Source: Octopus sinensis
Taxonomy: Eukaryota
DNA: 64,000 bases
Assembly: GCF_006345805.1 (NCBI RefSeq)
Contig: NC_043001.1
Coordinates: 7,068,001 to 7,132,000, forward strand
Direction: 5' to 3'
Shown: one piece after another, positions 26,190-38,600 of the stretch
Numbering within the stretch: position 1 is the first letter of the stretch
How the letters are laid out: each line of letters opens with the position of its first letter
Position numbers and translations under genes: made by a program
Notes under the pieces: model-generated
What the model was told of the DNA's origin: nothing
What the model saw: only the letters and a program-made list of their open reading frames with translations
The model's database searches: none

Positions 26190-26530
26190 TGTGGTTGCTT
26201 CACAAACACATCGTTCTGAGTTGAGTCCAACTTCATTGCACCTTCAGCAAGTGCTTTCTACTTCACCTATGTGTGTGTGTGTGCGTGTGTGTGTATGTGT
26301 GTGTGTGCGTGGGTGTGAGTGTGAGTCTTTGTATCTGTGTTTGTTTCCCGCCAACCATTGCTTGAAAACCGATATTGGTGTGTTTACGTTCCCGTAACTT
26401 ACCGCTTCGGCTAAATGAACTGATCGGACAAGTAGAAGCGTTACAAAGAGTAAGTCGATTCCTTCGACTAACAGGGCGTTGCTTCGGTATGGCCGTCGTG
26501 AATGACTGAAAGAAGTAAAAGAATAAAAGA
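26190..26530 (+). mobile_element. Degenerate CORE-like SINE
   Basis: CACCTTCAGCAAGTG..TGTGTTTACGTTCCCGTAACTTA..AATGACTGAAA. Confidence 0.6.
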
Positions 26531-26532
26531 AT

Positions 26533-26564
<32 letters not shown>

Positions 26565-27026
26565 ATTTTGTATGCATTCTGCAAGCATTTTAATTAAGAG
26601 AGCAAACTAAACAACATAAAATTTATTTCGTATGAATAATCTTCTAAGAAATATACAGTAGTGCTTATTGACTATGCATATAGTGCTGAATTCGCGATTG
26701 GTATAAGAGTTAAACATTTATAGAAGTAAGCGAATTAGAACAGTATTGGATAATCTGCACACGAGAAGAAAATTAGCTGCGAGCTGATGTAGGATACACA
26801 TAGAAAACGTCTAGTATCATGAGCACACGCAACGAAACAGATTTGCTTCTGTTGGATCGTCTTTGATCATTCGTTTGGGGCCTCAAGTCAACAGCACGGT
26901 CTACTTTCTTCTGTTGTTGAATTCCGACATGTACACGACCTACACTCTCGATTCAGCAATCCATGACATTCCGAACGATGGACGATGTCAATACGCCCAT
27001 ATGTGTATATGTGTATATTTATTTTA

Positions 27027-27082
<56 letters not shown>

Positions 27083-27093
27083 TATGTATATGG

Positions 27094-27138
<45 letters not shown>

Positions 27139-27847
27139 GTATATATATATATACATATACACACACATATATATACTATATATTTATACACATACATATA
27201 CATATACACAGACATACATATATATATGCACATGCATAGGCATATATATATACATACATTCATATGTGTGTGTGTTTGCATGTTTATGTATATACGTATA
27301 TATATATTTGTGTATGTATAGGTGCGTGTATATGTATGGGTGTGAGTGTGTGTGTGTTTGTGCATATACGATGTATTCGTGCATATATGTATATATATAT
27401 ATATTATATATATATATACACATATATATACATGCGCATGCATATACATATATATACACACACACGCACTCATACACACAAGCGCACACAAGCACACTTA
27501 TATGTATTTGAATGTATATAAGTATATATAAGTATGTATGAATATATACAAACACACACGTTATATATTAGTTCTCCATATTCATCCTGAGTTGAATGCT
27601 CGATATCGATTTGCTTCGATTAGTTCAAGACTGACTGATAGCAGTTGTAATAATACTTCAGGGGCCATATATAAAGAAAGAAAAAATGATTAAAGAATAT
27701 TTATCATGTGCTTCCTCAGTAGGTCAATCAATGGTGCTCTATGTAACTCGAACCTTTAATATTCCGGGAGTGGACATATGTTTATTATACGTCCAGCGCA
27801 AATGTGACACGCGCACTACATTTGTGGATTAACATATTTCATTCTAG

Positions 27848-28243
27848 ACTAGCGGTATCACCCGGCGTTGCTCGGGTTTGTAAGGGAAATAACTATAAAG
27901 CATTTTTAGAGAGTTATAGCCAAAAAATAGCAAAAAAATGCATTAAAATTGGAAAAAATATGATGGTAATTTTTTTTTAAATCGTTGACTCATCGTAGAC
28001 ATTTTTAGAGAGTTACTTCCCTTATATTAAAAAAAATATGCATTAAAATGGAAAAAAATGATGGCAAATTATTTTTAAAATCGCAGACTCATCGTAGACG
28101 CGCGCTAATACCGAGAAGGGCTCGATATGAATCACGCCTATAAGATACCCGGTTTTGGTTAAACTGCACCGCAAAATGTGGGAGTAGTTAGGAATCTAAA
28201 TCGGAGTAGACAGACACACAACCTTACTTTTATATATAAAGAT
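27848..28243 (+). mobile_element. Non-autonomous Helitron/Helentron-like element (HINE/DINE-type)
   Basis: Starts ACTAG followed by the hairpin CCCGGCGTTGCTCGGG, has an internal tandem repeat of about 100 bp (CATTTTTAGAGAGTTA at 27901 and 28000), and ends ACAGACACACA..TTTTATATATAAAGAT. Confidence 0.75.
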
Positions 28244-28435
28244 GTAATTCGTTTCCACAAATAGTCTTGTATTCCGATATGTTTTTACTTCAAACATATT
28301 CTTACTACGTGTTATCTACTCTAAGTTTATTGTTTATATTTTATATACGGATTGTTTTTACGGTGTCTGTTTATTGTTTAAATTCCCAGTCTTGCTATGG
28401 ACATGAAAAATGTTTTACCAACAACTGTTTAAGAT

Positions 28436-28596
28436 TATTTACATTATTTACATTTGACAGATATTTGTCCTAATTTTTTTCGGCTGATATACCCTTCAGC
28501 CCTCATCGGGTGTCTTGGGGAAATTTCGAACCTGGGTTCTCATTCCTAAGTTATGTTTCGAGGTTACTGTCATTATTATTATTATTATTATTATTC

Positions 28597-28634
<38 letters not shown>

Positions 28635-28661
28635 GTCATCATTATTATTATTATTATTTTA

Positions 28662-28721
<60 letters not shown>

Positions 28722-28800
28722 TGCTCACGGGCATATGTCATAGTGGTTAATAGCGTGGGCTTCTAACCCCAAGATTCTAATTTCGATTTCAATCAGTGAT

Positions 28801-28853
<53 letters not shown>

Positions 28854-29040
28854 TAGTAATAATGATAATAATAATAGTAATAATAACAACAACAATAATA
28901 ACAACAACAACAACAACATCGAATGAGAAACCAGCTTCAAAATTTCCCCAAGACACCTGATAAGCACTTGAGGGTATATCCGCCGAAATGTGTTAAACAA
29001 GATGAGGACAAATATCTGTCAAATATGTAGAATGTAAATT
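28436..29040 (+). mobile_element. tRNA-headed element: head 28729-28804, (AAT)n, hammerhead-bearing tail to about 29040, preceded by an inverted copy of tail plus (AAT)n (28436-28720)
   Basis: Box-A-like ATATGTCATAGTGGTTAA and box-B-like TTTCGATTTC; the left and right arms are mutual reverse complements; degenerate hammerheads at 28478-28514 (-) and 28952-28994 (+). Confidence 0.7.
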
Positions 29041-29849
29041 GGGTACATAATTCGTCATCTCTTGAATATAGAACTGAACTGCTAGATATGATTCGTTTAT
29101 ATTCCAGTCTATTTTGTGATATCAATAAATGTTTTGACCTTTGTTCTTATCCTTTTGTGTAGATAATAGAAACCTGTTTCGGAGTAACTTACAAATATGT
29201 CTCTGTCGTTTGAGTGTTCACACGTATTCAGCCGTAGCATTTCTTTACCGAGAACATAAAGCGTTTCGATCATAAATACGAGAAAAATGTTATTTTGCCT
29301 CAAACAACTCAGCTATCGAGAGCAGACGCGAAAATGATAATTTCATTTCTCGAGGGGAGAAATTTTAATTACCAACACCAGATTTACAAGCGATTTGTTT
29401 CTAAATCGTTTGGAAAGCCTACTTTAATGCATAAACCTCAGAGGTTGTACCCTGGCAAGCACTAGAGTTCGGGGTCAGAAGTAACCTGTGTATACAGGTA
29501 ATTATGGGAGATTCCGCGCTCCACATATCTCCAGAATTCCCTACGCGAAGTCTCAACACCGGATACAGTATATTGTCATGCTCAAAACACATACACACAC
29601 ATGCATGCACACACACAGTTATACGCATACATATACAGGCATATATATATAAATATATATATATCTATATATCTATATATATAATATATATATATAATAT
29701 ATAATATGGACAGACGGACAGATGTTTATTGTGTATATATATATATAATACCGGAGGTAAACACATAAATGTGAAACAAGGTGGAAAAAAGAGTACAAAA
29801 TACCAGTGGTAGAGTAATATGCTTTATTTTAAGCAGCAGAAAATTCAAC

Positions 29850-29897
29850 AAAATCTGTTACTCTGAGTTTCTCGTTGCCGTTCATCAGACAGTTTTT
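29850..29897 (-). ncRNA. Type-I hammerhead-like motif in the PLE 3' region
   Basis: Reverse complement AAAACTGT-CTGATGA-ACGGCAACGA-GAAA-CTC-A-GAG-TA-ACAGATTTT. Confidence 0.7.
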
Positions 29898-30952
29898 GCT
29901 AGATGGAACTGATATATCAATTCAATCTATACTCCTTACAAACGCTACACCTTTAAAAAGAAATGGACTTGTTTGATTGGCCTTTAGAAAAAACGGTCAA
30001 TCTTCGAGCGATAAACAAAAAGGTCAAAAATATATGTATATATATATAAAAAACTTATAAAAATTATAAAATCCGAGGAAAAAACCTATTGACGTTAATG
30101 AAGACAGTGCAAATTAATGCATAGAAATTAAACCTGTTATAATACTGCAATACATATTTATATTAAAATCTACATATATATATAAACAACACAAAAGGAT
30201 GCGCGTAAACGCCATTCATACATATACAGACGTATGAATATAAGTCTAAATATACACATAAAAGCATGTGTACATATATTCACGCAAACCGTCTCGCACG
30301 CAAGCTAAAATTCATCTATGTAGCAATTCTCATATACTGAGCAAGGAGGGGGAACGAAAGAAGGGAAAGAGAGAAAAAGGAACGAAGGAGGGGTGGGTAA
30401 AAAACGAAATAAGAAAAAAAATAAGAAAAAAAATGTATGTATACAAGCAGTGTAACGATGTTATTGGCATCTATAGAGACCAGTATACATACACAAGTTT
30501 GAATGGATACATATACATACCGTCGTGTATATGTGTGCTTAAGCACAAACATACTTTCACTTACACATACACAGATACGCATGCTTACAAATACATATGC
30601 TTTGCTATACACATACTTATATAAACATTCTAATTTTGACAACATTGCTTTTTTTTAAAAAACATTGCTTTTAAAATGGGTGCATTAATATAAATATATA
30701 CGAAAGACATATAAAAAAAATATAACATCCTATTTTGGGTCATTTATAAATAATCAAGGTAATATAAATAATCAAGTAATCCTATGCAATACAATAACAT
30801 GAAAACAAAGTTTTTAGGTTTTTCCTAATATATATGTAGAAACATAAGACTTTGCTATACGGATTAAGATCCGCATAGCTTGGAAACAAAATCCATCGTA
30901 GCGCCCAAGAGTCAAAATCAAAATCAAAAATCAAAAATACAAAATATAAACT

Positions 30953-32090
30953 CTATCCATATGGTATATTTATATTCGACATTTTAAATTTAGCCGCGTG
31001 CCTACATAAGTTCATTAACTCACTTCTTTGATTCAAAGAATTATTGTCTTTGAATAAGATGTACATTTTTTCTAATAGACTAAGTCTGCACTTGAAATTA
31101 TTTTTGTAAGCTCCATGCCTGTATGGTGCCGCCCTGTCCAGAATGCTCCATGTCACGTTGAAAGGTGGGGCTTCCTTTTCTTTTAGTTCCCAGACATATT
31201 TTGCTAGGCTGGTTTTCTTCCTATTCTCTGGGTATTAAAATGAATTTTTATGAGAATAAAATCTTGTTTTAAATGAATTTTCTGAAGCCCCTGTGTATGT
31301 CTTGTATTCCGATGAGCCTTCCACTTGCACCTTGGCTCTATAAACTACTCCTTTCCTAGACATTTCCCTTCTAACGGACAGGAGCTTTCGTTTTTGAAAT
31401 TACATTTCTTAATGGGCTCGGCACCATGTCTAACCTCAATTAGCTTCCTATTATTGGGCTAATGTAAGAGGCGAAATTTCTGCAACAAGAATAGCTAACC
31501 TTCAGGGTTCTTCTATAAATATTCTGTAGAATTTATGACCCTGCTTAAAATGCTTAGGACTAATCTCAAAAATTCCTTACCTATATTTCTTTACGGCCAA
31601 ATTGAAAGCCGGGTTGAACCACAAAACTTTCCTGGTCCTAGTTCTTCGTGCAGCATTATTATCAGCATTAAGCTGGTTGAACTGGATCTTCTCCGAAATC
31701 CACTATTCTTTAATGCGCTATCGTAATAAGGTGCAGCATTATGGAATGCTGCCTCGTCCGAAGAAATTGAAGATATTCTTCTACCTACATTGCTGACTAA
31801 GTTGCTAAGGATAACTGGTGGATGGTTCGAATCTTTGCTAATATACGATAGCTTTTCATTGGGCTTACGGAAAGGTTTAAATCTATCCGATCTTACATTA
31901 AAATTTACGTCTAAAAAATCTACACTATTCAGGTTAGCATCTATCGTAACCCGTAAGCCCATTCTTTGAAAGAAAGCTATAAGGTCCTTCCTAAGTCTAT
32001 CTGATTCATGGCCGTTTAGATTATGCGTGGCTATAAGGCCGTCATCCCTATATAAACCTGCATCTATAAATGGGAATTCTATTTTTAGAT
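30953..32090 (-). pseudogene. PLE reverse transcriptase C-terminal half plus GIY-YIG endonuclease (frameshifted)
   Basis: GLYRDDGL, VDFLDV, YISKDSNHPP, RKVLWFNPAF, RIF.RRTLKVSYSC, CPLEGKCL, VYRAKV..YTGASENSFKTRF, LNQRSELMNLCRH. Confidence 0.92.
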
Positions 32091-33079
32091 TATGGATTTT
32101 GTTTCCAAGCTATGCGGATCTTAATCCGTATAGCAAAGTCTTATGTTTCTACATATATATTAGGAAAAACCTACAAACTTTGTTTTCATGTTATTGTATT
32201 GCATAGGATTACCTTGATTATTTATATTACCTTGATTATTTATAAATGACCCAAAATAGGATGTTATATTTTATTTTATATGTCTTTCGTATATATTTTT
32301 ATTAATGCACCATTTTAAAAGCAATGTTTTTTTAAAAAAAAGCAATGTTGTCAAAATTAGAATGTTTATATAAGTATGTGTATAGCAAAGCTAGTATTTG
32401 TAAGCATGCGTATCTGTGTATGTGTAAGTGAAAGTATGTTTGTGCTTAAGCACACCTATACACGACGGTATGTATATGTATCCATTCAAACTTGTGTAGT
32501 ATACTGGTCTCTATAGATGCCAATAACATCGTTTACACTGCTTGTCATACATTTTTTTTTCTTATTTCGTTTTTTCCCCACCCCTCCTTCGTTCCTTTTT
32601 CTCTCTTTCCCTTTCTTTCGTTCCCCCTCCTTGCTCAGTATATGAGAATTGCTACATAGATGAATTTTAGCTTGCGTGCGAGACGGTTTGCGTGAATATA
32701 TGTACACATGCTTTTATGTGTATATTTAGACTTATATTCATACGTCTGTATATGTATGAATGGCGTTTACGCGCATCCTTTTGTGTATGTTGATATATAT
32801 GTAGATTTTAATATAAATATGTATTGCAGTATTTATAACAGGTTTAATTTCTATGCATTAATTTGCACTGTCTTCATTAACGTCAATAGGTTTTTTCCTC
32901 GGATTTTATAATTTTTATAAGTTTTTTATATATATATACATATATTTTTGACCTTTTTGTTTATCGCTCGAAGATTGACCGTTTTTTCTAAAGGGCCAAT
33001 CAAACAAGTCCATTTCTTTTTAAAGGTGTAGCGTTTGTAAGAGTATAGATTGAATTGATATATCAGTTCCATTCTAGCA

Positions 33080-33126
33080 AAAACTGTCTGATGAACGGCA
33101 ACGAGAAACTCAGAGTAACAGATTTT
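33080..33126 (+). ncRNA. Type-I hammerhead-like motif in the inverted arm
   Basis: Canonical CTGATGA and GAAA, GCAA tetraloop, ACTC/GAGT helix III, CTGT/ACAG stem I, predicted GUA site; stem II closes with an A-A mismatch. Confidence 0.7.
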
Positions 33127-33187
33127 GTTGAATTTTCTGCTGCTTAAAATAAAGTATATATATATATAGACAGACAGACAGACAGAC

Positions 33188-33272
<85 letters not shown>

Positions 33273-34202
33273 CGTGTGTATATATCAAGTGTTATATTAG
33301 ACTGTATCACTTTCGTACGTTGTTAAATATTGTTATTTTAGAAGACATCGTATCTAATATTATATGATGGAGAGGCTTCGCAATAGTATATTAAAACATT
33401 GGCTTTGTTAAAAGAGAAATTTCATTCATGACATCATAAATCATATTCTTCAGATGGAGTATTATGATACTAAATAAATCTCCTAAATTTTCTATTTGTT
33501 TCAATTCCAATGAAGAGCGAAGACCATGTTACAATAAACTACACTTCACAGAATTTGGCAGCTGGCTAAAGAGTTACTGTGATACAAATATTAAATGATG
33601 TTATTGTATGCAATAATAATCATAGATTTAAGACAAGTTATTCAACGAAATATTTCATCATAAGTGTAAACTAAAGCAAATATTTACACAATCCCACGTT
33701 CATTACGTTTTTAGCTGCTAGCTATTTCGCGAAATTTATAACAAACGGTTTTTCAGATTGCTATATTTTTCTTGGAAACATTTAACTCTTGCATCGTATT
33801 AATATTTGTAAAATATATCGTAGATAGGGAGGGAAATAAGTCAAACGTTGATACTCGAACGACAGTCATCTTTGCAGAAAATCTAATTAACCAAACTTCA
33901 AAACTGATTACCTCGTTAAAATCACCTGTCCTCTTATTGATTCTTTAAGAGAGCAGGTGAGTCGATTACATCAAACCCAATACTCAAATAGTAAAGTACG
34001 AAAGGTAAAATCGATCTCGGCGGAATTTTATCTCGGAACGTAATGATGGACGAAACATCCTTAATCATTTTGACCGGTGTTATAACGATTGCGCCATCTT
34101 ACTACCAGTTTCTTTCATGGATATCAAAATTTAAACCACTCATATCTGACCCAAATATTCATCTTGCTTTAAGTTCAAGCGTCAGGATTGATCTGTCACG
34201 CG

Positions 34203-34436
34203 TGTGGCGAGCTGGCAAAACCGTTAGCATGCCGGGCGAAATGCGTAACCGTATTGTGTCTGTTGTTAAGTTCCGTGTTCAAATTCCGCCGAGGTCGACT
34301 TTGCCTTTCATCCTTTCGGGGTCGATAAATTAAGTACAAGTTACGCACTGGCGACGATGTAATCGACTTAATCCTTTTCTCTTTCCTGGATCGTGCCCTC
34401 TGTGTTTAGCCCCTTGTGGGTAGTAAAAAAATATAT
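34203..34436 (+). mobile_element. Full-length Nin/Deu-like tRNA SINE (older inverted copy at 33955-34100)
   Basis: GGCGAGCTGGCAAAACCGTTAGCATGCCGGGCG..GTTCAAATTCCGCCGAGGTCGACTTTGCCTTTCATCCTTTCGGGGTCGATAAATTAAGTAC. Confidence 0.9.
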
Positions 34437-35335
34437 AATGACCGAAAAAATAGAAAATCATATTCCCGACATTTCCAAGAAAACTTGATTAATTCAAAGC
34501 AATAGGAATAAACGTTAAATTAAAATGTGCCACAGGTCTATTGAGGCTCTTACCAAGCATATTAGTGAATAAAAAGCATTTTAGACAAAAGACACAATGC
34601 TGAGCTAGAATTATTTGAATCCAGGCATGAAAATAGTGAAAATAGTGCAATAACATATGACTGTCGCTGCCAATTACAGTTAAATAATCTATCACAGTTT
34701 ATTTAATTCCAAAAAGGTTTTTGTTTTCTTTAGAATCTGCAGGCTCTTTATTACGAGTTCGTAACTCGTAATTATGTACTTTTGGGTAAAATATGATACA
34801 GGAAAATATTAGCTTTTGTTACTGTACCAATCTGAAAACAAAAAAGAAAATATATATAAACAGGAATCAATGTGATATAGCTTTCAGAACGGAAAAAAGA
34901 AAACAATAATTTCATGGAAGTTGTGGAATATCAGTAACTATGTCACGTTATTTAACTCATAAATATTTAATTTCCTCAGTAATTTCGGCACATGATTTTG
35001 TTTGATATTGTTGTTCTGTGTCCTGTTTGTATGTGTCGACATATTATTTACGACACTTCATATCTATGGTGTTGTTCAGTGACATAGTAAATGAAACACA
35101 TTCATAATTAACGCACCATAATATTTCAGAGTTTGTTTAAGTAAAATATTAAAAATGTATACACGCATGCGCGCAAATCCACAGACATATATGAAAGTTA
35201 TGTCTCTACATAGACCGATACACATAGGTATATCTCTGTATAACACAATATGGACGTGTATCATCATATATATATTGTATATGTATGTGTGTGTATATAT
35301 ATGTACATATACATATAATATATATATATACATAT

Positions 35336-35366
<31 letters not shown>

Positions 35367-35487
35367 TGTATATCTGTCTATCTATCTATCTATATATCTA
35401 TCTATCTATCTCTATATATATATACACACAATATATAAATATATATTTTATATGTATATGTATATATATATATACAATATATATATT

Positions 35488-35529
<42 letters not shown>

Positions 35530-35727
35530 ACATATATATATATATATATATATAATATATATATATATAATATATATATAATATATATATATATACATAT
35601 ACATATGTACATACTAGTAACAGAAAAGAAGGGATTCGATTATCCCCACGCGGTGAGTTGTAATATATATAATAAATTAAAAAAGGAAATTACACATACT
35701 TTACATAGTTTTAATATGATTTTCACT

Positions 35728-35762
35728 ATATCGACCGGTTTCCCTTTCGCTATTCATGATAT
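35728..35762 (-). ncRNA. Minimal hammerhead-like motif, A3-U8 core variant
   Basis: Reverse complement ATATC-ATGAATA-GC-GAAA-GG-GAAA-CCGG-TC-GATAT: 5-bp stem I, ACCGGT helix III, predicted GUC site, one stem II mismatch. Confidence 0.6.
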
Positions 35763-36205
35763 TATGGTTTACTTATTTGAATTTACATTTTCTTAAGAAG
35801 ATATTTTTGTCCATTTTGTGTGTGATGAAATTTACGAGTGAGTGATTTCACAAGTAGCAATTGGTTATGGTTATTATTGTTATTCTTCTGGGCAAGGGAG
35901 ATGACTGTTCAGATTTCGTAAGGGGAGGTGAATATATATGTACACAGAAAAAAAGTTTTCGAAAAACTTGTTGTTGTGATGGGATTTATGTACAGTGATG
36001 TAATCGTGAATTGAAATATGTAAAAAGATGAAAGTTGGTTGTGCGTGCATATTAAGACGTTTCTGCAATTTTCAATGAAAAAAGATTCTTTATTTAAAAG
36101 TTCTTGTGGAGAGATTGTGGCTTTGCATTGGTAGAAGGGGAAGAGTGTGAAATTTGGTTTGTTGTTAACTGCACATTTTTCTATATGTTCACTTAGAGGA
36201 ACTTG
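35728..36205 (-). mobile_element. 3' fragment of a second Neptune-like PLE with terminal hammerhead
   Basis: [37 protein letters not shown] aligns with KIAFSQHIDTCANKKTPNFRIFPLYQF..SKENLFIT of the element at 14 kb. Confidence 0.8.
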
Positions 36206-36520
36206 CCTGTATATATATAAATATATATATACATATATGTGTGTGTATATGTATATATGTATATATATATATGTATATATATATATGTGTGTGTGTGTGT
36301 GTATATATATATGTATATATATATGTATATATATATGCATATGTATATGTATATATGTATATGTGTGTATGTATGTATGTATGTGTGTGTATATAATTGA
36401 AAAAATGAATAAAAATGGCTCTCCTTGATTTTTTTCTATACATTTTTCGAATATATAATATAGTACTAGGGATTTCCTATTCTTCTACTACTAATACAAC
36501 AACTACTACTACTACTACTG

Positions 36521-36553
<33 letters not shown>

Positions 36554-37270
36554 ATACTACTACTAATACTACAACGACTACTACTACTACACACACATAT
36601 ACATACACACATATGAAGTGTATATTAAATATATTACGGTATCTATCAGCCCTCCTACATCAAGAGCATTGTGAAATTTAAATTTGTGATACTGAACTAA
36701 ACTATTGAAATCTTAGTACAAATTTTTTGCATCACAATCACACACTGTAAAGTGTCCTGTAAATAACTAAGTTTTCTTATATTGCCCTCTGGCGACAGAA
36801 ATCCGTCTGAATTCCTAACAGAACGTCACTGAATTATGTGTATTCCACGCCTTGCCATCACAATCGAAGAAGGTATTTACCTTTAGAAAGAAAATCGAAC
36901 CTGTGTATCCAAGAGTATTTGGATTTGGAGCATGATTTGGGACAAGAACTACTAGCTTGCACGCCCATATCTCTGAGAAATTGATGGCCTTCGTTACACA
37001 ATCGATAAGACCACAGGCGTTAAAAGAGAAAAGCAGACGATAGGATTTTCTGAGGTTGTAATTGTAGCGATGGAGCGACTCCTTACTCTAAAGCGTGTAA
37101 CATTTGTTAACTACAAAGCCTTACTTTTAATAGAACACATCAGCACACACGAAAGCTTGGACTGAAGGTGAATAAATCAGTAGATGTTGCAACGCTTTCT
37201 GGACGTCTGCCGAAATGTCCAACATTCTCCGGCAAAAGGAATGCTTTCAAAAAAATATAAACAAATTAGA

Positions 37271-37439
37271 CGTAGGAGTGGCTGTGTGGTAAGTAGCTTG
37301 TTTAACAACCACATGGTTCCGGGTTCAGTCCCACTGCGTGGCATCTTGGGCAAGTGACTTCTACTATAGCCTCTAGTCGCCCAAAGCCTTGTGTGTGGAT
37401 TTGGTAGACGGAAACTGAAAGTAGCCCGTCGTATACATG

Positions 37440-37513
<74 letters not shown>

Positions 37514-37738
37514 AGTGTCTGTGTTGTCCCCCCAACATCGCTTGGCAACCAATGCTGGTGTGTTTACGTCCCCGTAACCTAGCGGTTCGGCAAAAGAGAC
37601 CGATAGAATAAGTACTAGGCTTACAAAGAATAAGTCCTGGGGTCGATTTGCTCGACTAAAGGTGGTGCTCCAGCATGGCCACAGTCAAAGGACTGAAACA
37701 AGTAAAGGAGTAAAAGAGTAAGGGAGTAAAAGAGTAAA
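37271..37738 (+). mobile_element. Full-length CORE-like tRNA SINE with long (TG)n
   Basis: Same layout as 2877-3289. Confidence 0.9.
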
Positions 37739-38297
37739 TTGACATGAAGAATAAATCAGATCACGGACCGGACAAATTGGATGGGAGTAGATTCAAGTCT
37801 CTTCAGAAATGGAATTGAGAATATAGATATGTTCTATTGTCAAGGATGTCTGCCTCATTGTTAAGGACGTCTGCCTCATTGTTAAGGACGTCTGCCAACT
37901 ATAACATATTGGGCAAGGTTCTTGCCTCCTTCAAATGTTGTTCTAAATGTATCAGAATTAGTGGACTATGACTGAATCCGTTGCTCCTACGGCCAACAAC
38001 GTAATTGAATAATTCTGCAGCATACGCCTGATGGAAATTGAGCGAGTTACTGCAACAACCGCGTTATCAATTAACTCGATAACAGGAAAAGAAAAGCTGA
38101 GAGCAACAGTTACAATCAATCTCCAAGAATTAAATGATTTACATTACACGAATAAAACTTAAACTGGAATCATTAACTCTTATGCGAAACCGACATCGCT
38201 CTGTTCGTAATAAGTACGGAGTCAGAAGACGGAAAGTTGCCAGGTGGCGAATCCAGACAATTCAAATTGGTTGTGAATATTCAAATCAGAAAAAAAC

Positions 38298-38458
38298 TTC
38301 ATCTTCTTCTTCTTCTTCTTCTTCTTCTTCTTCTTCTTCTTCTTCTTCTTCTTCTTCTTCTTCTTCTTCTTCTTCTTCTTCTTCTTCTTCTTCTTCTTCT
38401 TCTTCTTCTTCTTCTTCTTCTTCTTCTTCTTCTTCTTCTTCTTCTTCTTCTTCTAATT

Positions 38459-38496
<38 letters not shown>

Positions 38497-38540
38497 TATT
38501 ATTATTATTATTGTTGTTGTTATTATTATTATTATTATTA

Positions 38541-38576
<36 letters not shown>

Positions 38577-38600
38577 CATCATCATCATCATCATCATCAC
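38298..38600. repeat. Compound trinucleotide microsatellite: (TTC) about 50 units, then (ATC)n and (ATT)n
   Basis: Read directly; source of the poly-S, poly-L and poly-R ORFs. Confidence 0.95.

Larger units (their letters stand above)
29750..33156 (-). mobile_element. Penelope-like element (Nematis-like), 5'-truncated, with about 1.07-kb inverted arms (29823-30898 and 32092-33156)
   Basis: RT and GIY-YIG remnant between two inverted copies of the 3' region; each arm carries a hammerhead. Confidence 0.9.

Noticed and set aside
37841-37896. 21-bp tandem repeat (about 2.6 copies) that could suggest a CRISPR-like array
   Set aside because: No spacers, and the context is eukaryotic; it is a simple local duplication.
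37960-38150. Minus-frame FPVIELIDNAVVAVTRSISIRR resembling the GHKL ATPase motif of SMCHD1/MORC; the plus frame has cadherin-like words (ATVTINLQELND)
   Set aside because: Only about 23 aa of similarity, non-conservative changes next to the catalytic Glu, no matching flanking exons, and similarity at chance level for this search space.
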